From Flavobacteriaceae bacterium (GTDB taxonomy: Bacteria > Bacteroidota > Bacteroidia > Flavobacteriales > Flavobacteriaceae): a stretch of 64,000 nucleotides of DNA. Below, piece after piece: positions 57,893-64,000 of this stretch. Position numbers and translations under genes: made by a program. Position 1 is the stretch's first letter. The number at the start of each line of letters is the position of its first letter. The notes under the pieces are model-generated. The model was not told the DNA's origin and ran no database searches. It saw nothing but the letters and a program-made list of their open reading frames with translations. Where the stretch lies: contig JAWKMP010000007.1 of NCBI GenBank assembly GCA_041392175.1, forward strand, positions 6,134-70,133, given 5' to 3'.

Positions 57893-59131
57893 TTATGCTT
57901 TCAAAAAGGTTACAGGGGCGCTGTTCCCAGACGTATCTTTTAAATAATAGAGGCCCGGTGCTATAAAGGAAACATCTATCACCTTGTTTTCCCCACCCGG
58001 TACGGTAAATTCCATCAAGCGTTGCCCCAAGGAATTGTAGAGCACCATGGGATGGGTTTCGGTGTCTGGGAAGTTTAGTTCCAGTTGGTTATACACCAGG
58101 GTGTTTTTTAGAAAGAGGGTGTTTTGGCTCACAAAGTGGGGGTTTTGCAAAACCACTGCTTCATTGGTTTCCAGTTGCATCACAATGGGCAGGTGGTCGC
58201 TCATGTTATAGAGTAAGTCTCGAAGGGACTGGCTAAAGGGCCCGTCGCAGGAAGCGTCATTGATACTTAAGTTAAAGCAATTGCCATTATTGCCATACGA
58301 TTGATAGGTATTGGGCAGGTAATGCAGGTTGGGATCGCTCAACATATTTTCGGAAACCAAAATAAAATCGAAACGATCGTCCAGCCCTCCTCCCGAACCG
58401 GCACCAAAAGGCCCTGAACTAATGCGGGTGCTTTGGGTATGCACGTCCTGAAAGTTGATATTGCTGTTCCACGCTCCGGGGGTATCAATGGGATCGGCCA
58501 TAACAATGGCATTGGTAGGGTCCAATAGCTCAATATAGGCAAGCTCGGTAGAGGTGTATAGGTTCAAATCACCTGCAAAAAGGACAAACGCATTGGGGTC
58601 TAAACTTTCCAAGCGGTTGGTGAATTGTTGTACCATAGCCAGCCGTTCCGCTTGGTTACTCCCTCCTTGGCTGGATTTTAAATGGGCCACAAAAATCTCA
58701 AGGACAACGGGATTATTCTGCCCATTGGCTGTATTCAATTGAAGGGTGTAATGGTTAATGTCCCTAATGTTGGTTTGGAGGGTTTCTTCGGCCAGTAGGA
58801 CAAATTTATCCCTTCGGAAGAAAAGCAATTGCTGCAAGTTGGTGCCCCCGGCCGATTGGTTATAGACAAAAGTGGCACTTGTGTAGGTGTTGTTGGTATC
58901 GTTTAGCGAAGCATCCAAAATAAGACTGGCCCCCGCAGGACTTTGCAGTTCACACACCATGAAGAGGTCCGGTTCGTATTCATTCAATATATCCCTAAGA
59001 ATGAGTTCGCGGTTTTGCGGATTGGCTTCTGGAAATTCCAACAAGTTATAGGACATCGCCTTGAGGACACTTTGGGCAACCCCCAAGGAGGGCAATAGCA
59101 TGCATGCAATAAGAACTTGTTTGATGAACAT
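57893..59131 (-). CDS. Endonuclease/exonuclease/phosphatase family protein with T9SS-like CTD
   Basis: SYNLL, VCE, AHLKS, AGDLN, RFDFIL, SDHLPI; C-terminal LYNSLGQ..GLYYLK. Confidence 0.85.
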   Translation of the reverse strand: MFIKQVLIACMLLPSLGVAQSVLKAMSYNLLEFPEANPQNRELILRDILNEYEPDLFMVCELQSPAGASLILDASLNDTNNTYTSATFVYNQSAGGTNLQQLLFFRRDKFVLLAEETLQTNIRDINHYTLQLNTANGQNNPVVLEIFVAHLKSSQGGSNQAERLAMVQQFTNRLESLDPNAFVLFAGDLNLYTSTELAYIELLDPTNAIVMADPIDTPGAWNSNINFQDVHTQSTRISSGPFGAGSGGGLDDRFDFILVSENMLSDPNLHYLPNTYQSYGNNGNCFNLSINDASCDGPFSQSLRDLLYNMSDHLPIVMQLETNEAVVLQNPHFVSQNTLFLKNTLVYNQLELNFPDTETHPMVLYNSLGQRLMEFTVPGGENKVIDVSFIAPGLYYLKDTSGNSAPVTFLKA

Positions 59132-59147
59132 AAACTGGGGAGTGTTC

Positions 59148-59834
59148 CTAAAAGTTGGGGCTTAAATTGAATTCATTATAGAAATTATTTAAGATGGTCA
59201 ATACTTCTTCTTCGGTGTCAACCAAATTGATGAGATTGATATCCTCTGGGCTAATGTTTCCTGCTGCAATAAGCGTATTCTTGATCCAATCCAGCAATCC
59301 CGACCAGAACTCGGTGCCCACCAAAATAATGGGGAAGCGCTCGATTTTATGCGTTTGGATAAGGGTAATCGCTTCAAAGAGTTCATCCAAGGTGCCAAAA
59401 CCGCCGGGCATGACCACAAATCCCTGTGAATACTTTACAAACATCACTTTTCGCACAAAGAAATAATCAAAATCGATGCTTTTGTCCTTATCAATAAAAG
59501 GATTGTCGTGCTGCTCGAAGGGCAATTCAATGTTCAATCCCACCGAAGTTCCTCCCGCCACATGGGCGCCTCTGTTCCCTGCTTCCATGATACCGGGACC
59601 CCCTCCGGTGATGATTCCGTAACCATTATCAGTGATTTTTTCGGCAATGCGTTGTGCCAATTGGTAATAGGGGTGGTCGGGTTTGGTTCGGGCCGACCCA
59701 AAGATGGAAACACAGGGGCCAATTCGGCTTAGTTTTTCATATCCTTCCACAAACTCTCCCATGATCTTAAAGATCGCCCAGGAGTCGTTAGTTTTTATTT
59801 CATTCCAGTTTTTATGTCTTACTTCACTTCTCAT
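59148..59834 (-). CDS. LOG family Rossmann-fold protein (TIGR00730-like)
   Basis: VSIFGSAR, ITGGGPGIMEA, RKVMF, PGGFGTLDE. Confidence 0.92.
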   Translation of the reverse strand: MRSEVRHKNWNEIKTNDSWAIFKIMGEFVEGYEKLSRIGPCVSIFGSARTKPDHPYYQLAQRIAEKITDNGYGIITGGGPGIMEAGNRGAHVAGGTSVGLNIELPFEQHDNPFIDKDKSIDFDYFFVRKVMFVKYSQGFVVMPGGFGTLDELFEAITLIQTHKIERFPIILVGTEFWSGLLDWIKNTLIAAGNISPEDINLINLVDTEEEVLTILNNFYNEFNLSPNF

Positions 59835-59836
59835 GA

Positions 59837-62683
59837 TCAATTCAATTTTAACGAATGTAACTCTTTTTTAAGGAATTGGGCCGTATAGCTTAGGGTATTC
59901 TTGCTCACCTCCTCGGGGGTTCCCTCCGCAATCACCCTACCTCCTTTTTTTCCTCCCTCAGGGCCTATATCGATAAGGTAATCGGCCATTTTCACTACAT
60001 CTAGGTTGTGTTCAATAATAAGCACCGTATTTCCTTTGTCTACTAATTTTTGCAATACCAGCATCAACACCCGTATGTCTTCAAAATGCAAGCCGGTAGT
60101 GGGTTCGTCCAAGATGTAAAAGGTATTTCCGGTGTCCCTTTTGGAGAGTTCGGTGGCCAACTTGATGCGCTGCGCCTCCCCGCCCGAAAGGGTGGTGGAC
60201 TGCTGCCCAAGGGTAATGTACCCCAAACCTACGTCTTGAATGGTTTTTAGCTTTCGGTAAATTTTGGGAATGTGCTCAAAGAATTCACAAGCCTCATCAA
60301 TGGTCATTTCCAGGACATCGTAAATGGATTTTCCTTTGTACCGAATTTCAAGGGTTTCCCTGTTGAACCGTTTGCCTTGGCAAGTTTCGCATTCCACATA
60401 CACATCGGGAAGAAAGTTCATCTCAATCACTTTAAGGCCGCCCCCTTGGCAGGTTTCACATCTTCCGCCCGCTACGTTGAAACTAAACCGTCCCGGTTTA
60501 TAGCCGCGGATCATGGCTTCGGGCACCTGAGCAAAAAGGTTGCGTATTTCTGAAAAGACCCCGGTATAGGTGGCAGGATTGGAACGTGGGGTACGGCCAA
60601 TGGGCGACTGGTTGATGTCGATAACCTTGTCGATGTTTTTTAGACCCTCAATGGATTGATAGGGCATGGGTTTTTTCACTCCATTGAAAAAGTGGGCATT
60701 CAGAATGGGGTAAAGGGTTTCGTTGATGAGGGTGGATTTCCCGCTGCCCGAAACACCCGTAACGCCTATCATTGTTCCTAAGGGAAAAGTGACCGATACA
60801 TTTTTGAGGTTGTTTCCGGTAGCACCCTTCAGCGATAGGGTTTTGCCGTTTCCTTTTCTTCGCAGTTTCGGAACGGCAATTTCTTTGGAACCGTTGAGGT
60901 AATCGGCCGTAAGGGTATGATGCGAAAGGATTTCCTTGGGCGTTCCCTTCGACACAATTTCCCCACCGTGCTTTCCGGCGGCAGGCCCAATATCAATCAC
61001 ATAATCGGCATGCTCAATCATTTCCTTGTCGTGCTCTACCACAATCACCGAATTGCCAATTTCCCGAAGGTGAATCAACGATTGGATTAATTTTTCGTTA
61101 TCCCGTTGATGCAGCCCAATACTGGGTTCATCCAAGATGTACAATACCCCCACCAGTTGGGAACCTATTTGGGTAGCCAAGCGAATACGCTGCGCTTCTC
61201 CGCCCGAAAGGGACTTGGAGCTGCGGTTGAGCGAAAGGTAGTTGAGGCCTACATTCATTAAAAAGCTAAGGCGGGAACGCACTTCCTTAAGGATCTCAGC
61301 GGCGATTTTTAGTTGGTTTTCCGAAAGGTCTTTTTCTATGTTTGAAAACCAATGGGAAAGCTCTTCAATATCCATTTCGGAAAGATCGGCAATGCTTTTT
61401 CCGTGTATCTTGAAATACAGTGATTCCTTCCGAAGACGGCTTCCTTCACAATCGGGACAGGTTTTTTTGTCCATGTAATCCTTGGCCCACCGCTGCAGGG
61501 ATTTGGATTCGTTGTTTTCAAACGTATTTTGAAGAAAGGTGGCAATACCTTCAAAATCAATTTTATAATTTCGGGTAATCCCCAAGGTTTTGGAGGCCAC
61601 ATCAAAAGAGGTGTTGGCCCCATAAAAAATCATCTCTTTGGCTTCTTCGGGAATACTGGAAAAAGGATCACTTAAGCTAAACTCAAAGCGATGGGCAATG
61701 AGCTCCAACTGCTTAAAGACCCAATTGTTTTTTTGCGGTCCTTGGGGTGCCAAAGCTCCTTGCTTGATGGAAAGTTCTTTATTGGGAACAATCTTATCCA
61801 GGTTTACTTCATACAATTTGCCCAAGCCCTTGCAATTGGGGCACATGCCTTTGGGGGAGTTGAACGAAAAATTATTGGGTTCTGGATTGGGGTAGGAAAT
61901 ACCACTGGTAGGACACATGAGCGAGCGGCTAAAGTAGCGCAGTTCCTCGGTTTCATTGTCCAGCACCATCATCACATCATCCCCATGGTACATGGCGGTA
62001 AGGATGGTTTCGGTGAGGCGTTTGTTGTGGTCGCTTTCTTCCGAAATTTTCAAGCGATCGATTACAATTTCAATGTCGTGGGTTTTGTAACGGTCGATGC
62101 GCATCCCTTTGGTGATGTCCAGTATTTCCCCATCCACTCGTACTTTCACAAAGCCTTGTTTCCCAATTTGTTCAAACAATTCGCGGTAGTGTCCTTTTCG
62201 GGAACGCACTACGGGGGCAAGGATGCTCACTTTTCGGTCTTTAAAATCGGAAATAATAAGCTGTTTGATTTGCTCATCACTATAGCTCACCATTTTTTCA
62301 CCCGTTTCATAGCTATAGGCATCACTGGCCCGGGCAAACAATAACCGAAGAAAGTCATAAATTTCGGTGATGGTCCCCACGGTAGAACGGGGGCTGCGGC
62401 TGGTGGTTTTTTGTTCAATGGCAATTACAGGGGAAAGCCCTTCAATCTTATCCACATCGGGGCGCTCCAAACTTCCTAGGAATTGACGGGCATAGGCTGA
62501 AAATGTTTCAATGTACCGTCGTTGGCCTTCAGCGTAAATGGTGTCGAAGGCCAACGAAGATTTCCCACTACCCGAAAGGCCCGTAATAACTACCAATTCT
62601 TCCCTAGGAATGGCGATATCAATGTTCTTTAAATTGTGAACCCTCGCCCCTAAAACCTCAATTACATTTTCGTTTTTTGCCAT
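59837..62683 (-). CDS. uvrA: Excinuclease ABC subunit A
   Basis: GARVHNLKN, GLSGSGKSSLAFDT, two ABC modules with LSGGEAQRI, zinc fingers. Start set at ATG 62683; TACCTTTG at 62690-62697. Confidence 0.97.
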   Translation of the reverse strand: MAKNENVIEVLGARVHNLKNIDIAIPREELVVITGLSGSGKSSLAFDTIYAEGQRRYIETFSAYARQFLGSLERPDVDKIEGLSPVIAIEQKTTSRSPRSTVGTITEIYDFLRLLFARASDAYSYETGEKMVSYSDEQIKQLIISDFKDRKVSILAPVVRSRKGHYRELFEQIGKQGFVKVRVDGEILDITKGMRIDRYKTHDIEIVIDRLKISEESDHNKRLTETILTAMYHGDDVMMVLDNETEELRYFSRSLMCPTSGISYPNPEPNNFSFNSPKGMCPNCKGLGKLYEVNLDKIVPNKELSIKQGALAPQGPQKNNWVFKQLELIAHRFEFSLSDPFSSIPEEAKEMIFYGANTSFDVASKTLGITRNYKIDFEGIATFLQNTFENNESKSLQRWAKDYMDKKTCPDCEGSRLRKESLYFKIHGKSIADLSEMDIEELSHWFSNIEKDLSENQLKIAAEILKEVRSRLSFLMNVGLNYLSLNRSSKSLSGGEAQRIRLATQIGSQLVGVLYILDEPSIGLHQRDNEKLIQSLIHLREIGNSVIVVEHDKEMIEHADYVIDIGPAAGKHGGEIVSKGTPKEILSHHTLTADYLNGSKEIAVPKLRRKGNGKTLSLKGATGNNLKNVSVTFPLGTMIGVTGVSGSGKSTLINETLYPILNAHFFNGVKKPMPYQSIEGLKNIDKVIDINQSPIGRTPRSNPATYTGVFSEIRNLFAQVPEAMIRGYKPGRFSFNVAGGRCETCQGGGLKVIEMNFLPDVYVECETCQGKRFNRETLEIRYKGKSIYDVLEMTIDEACEFFEHIPKIYRKLKTIQDVGLGYITLGQQSTTLSGGEAQRIKLATELSKRDTGNTFYILDEPTTGLHFEDIRVLMLVLQKLVDKGNTVLIIEHNLDVVKMADYLIDIGPEGGKKGGRVIAEGTPEEVSKNTLSYTAQFLKKELHSLKLN

Positions 62684-62760
62684 AAGGTGCAAAGGTACTT
62701 AAATGCTTTCAAAATTCAGAAGGAGGAGGGATTCAAAAATGAAGGAATTTGCGTTAAAAT

Positions 62761-63774
62761 TTAACCATTTACTTCCTTTACCAAGTATTGATAAAAACTG
62801 GTCGCAATAAAGAACAAGGTACTGGAAACAAAGGCAAAACTAATGATCAAGGCCATAATAGGAAGATGGAACAATAGGAAGGCGATGGGAAGTAAAATAC
62901 CAAAAATCACTAAGAACAAAAAGATAAAATAGAGGTAAAGCATCATCCCGGGCAGGGACTTCTCTGTATTGGCCTGCACTTGATACAATTTTGGGATCAC
63001 TTCATTGCTCATGTATTCCCCAAGCTTTGCCAAAAACACTTCATTAAAGGAGGAATCCTGAAAAGCCTCATTGTCAATGGTATTGGCCAAGGTCATGATC
63101 TTATCCTGATGCCGCTCAAACACCGTATTGTAGTCTAAGGCTTGCTTGTAATCGCCATATTTATAGCCAAAGTAGTACCACAGTCCGGAGCCGCATTTAT
63201 GCTCAATCCATTTTACTACAATGTCTTTACTGTAGGCCCTTGGGTAGCTTATGTTTTCGGGAATGCGTTTTTCTTTGGGGTCGGTCATCAAAAGGGACTT
63301 TAACTCTAGGTAGAGTTGCTCGGTATCTTGAAAATTATGGTGCTCTTGTAAAAATTCGATGGCCAGTTTTGAGCGTCCCTTGTAAAATTCCTTTACGTCA
63401 AAAAAGGTAAGTCCGGCAAATTCCTCATCAATGTATTCCTTTAGCCCTGCCAACCACATTTTAGAATGCATCAAAAGTTCAATAATACTCCTAAAATGGT
63501 GCATTTTCTGGGTCACTTTACTCAAGGTATCGATGGCTGTTTTTCGGGTGTTTTTAAGGTTGAGGGCTGCCGCCGCGAGATAGACCATGATGATCGCTGC
63601 CAAAAAGCCGCTAATGGCAATAAAAATGGTGGCGACGCTTTGCAATGTAGCCACAAACGTTTCGTCTGAAACCACCCGTTCCCACAACAGAAAAATAAGG
63701 GTGATGCACAAAAGCCCACTTAAGATAAGTGGGATAATGGCATACAAATCCTTTGCGAACGATTTACCCTTCAT
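62761..63774 (-). CDS. Hypothetical membrane protein (2 N-terminal and 2 C-terminal TM)
   Basis: 337-aa ORF with hydrophobic termini. Confidence 0.7.
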   Translation of the reverse strand: MKGKSFAKDLYAIIPLILSGLLCITLIFLLWERVVSDETFVATLQSVATIFIAISGFLAAIIMVYLAAAALNLKNTRKTAIDTLSKVTQKMHHFRSIIELLMHSKMWLAGLKEYIDEEFAGLTFFDVKEFYKGRSKLAIEFLQEHHNFQDTEQLYLELKSLLMTDPKEKRIPENISYPRAYSKDIVVKWIEHKCGSGLWYYFGYKYGDYKQALDYNTVFERHQDKIMTLANTIDNEAFQDSSFNEVFLAKLGEYMSNEVIPKLYQVQANTEKSLPGMMLYLYFIFLFLVIFGILLPIAFLLFHLPIMALIISFAFVSSTLFFIATSFYQYLVKEVNG

Positions 63775-64000
63775 GTTCCTTTAAGGGTGATTGATAGTTA
63801 GGTTATTTATCAGCCCCAAATGTCTATCCCCTTGTTTCTAGGCCTGTCGGCAGAAGGGAATTAACAATCAAAAATACTTGAAATAATCAGAAATTGTAGT
63901 AAAATACTTACAAATCGTTCATTTGTATCGTTTTACCGATGAAAGACTATATATAGGGAAGCGTGTATTTAAAATCCTACAGCAGTATCGTCGCCACGGT

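Noticed and set aside
59148-59834. LOG/SLOG gene as part of the defence system
   Set aside because: Host-like composition and housekeeping context next to uvrA, about 12 kb from the island.

Overview
This 64 kb window looks like Flavobacteriaceae (Bacteroidota) chromosome, judged from the TAnnTTTG promoters, T9SS C-terminal domains and gene content. The housekeeping backbone includes cbpA/cbpM, a GlgE-pathway glycogen cluster (GH31, glgB, maltokinase, glgE), menaquinone genes (thioesterase, menF, menD, menB), a TPR histidine kinase/NarL pair, a GMC oxidoreductase pair, asnB, a fused 2-oxoacid dehydrogenase E1, a LOG-family gene and uvrA. A variable region at about 32.7-49.4 kb carries complex intergenic repeats and a strongly AT-rich three-gene island (about 39.1-47.5 kb). 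The island encodes a DUF4062(TIR-like)-TPR protein, a SLOG domain fused to a SLATT-like 4TM region, and a TIR-STAND-like-TPR protein. Together these are a candidate Thoeris-like signalling defence system with a membrane effector. Upstream of asnB is a 15-codon Asn-rich leader peptide with overlapping terminator and antiterminator hairpins, which is a candidate asparagine-sensing attenuator. Other oddities are a synonymous-only duplicate of the last 76 bp of the E1 gene, roughly 400 bp direct repeats flanking a serine hydrolase gene, and several indel-rich patches that are probably sequencing or assembly errors. No rRNA, tRNA, CRISPR array, integrase or transposase was recognised. All family assignments come from motif recognition by eye, not from database searches.
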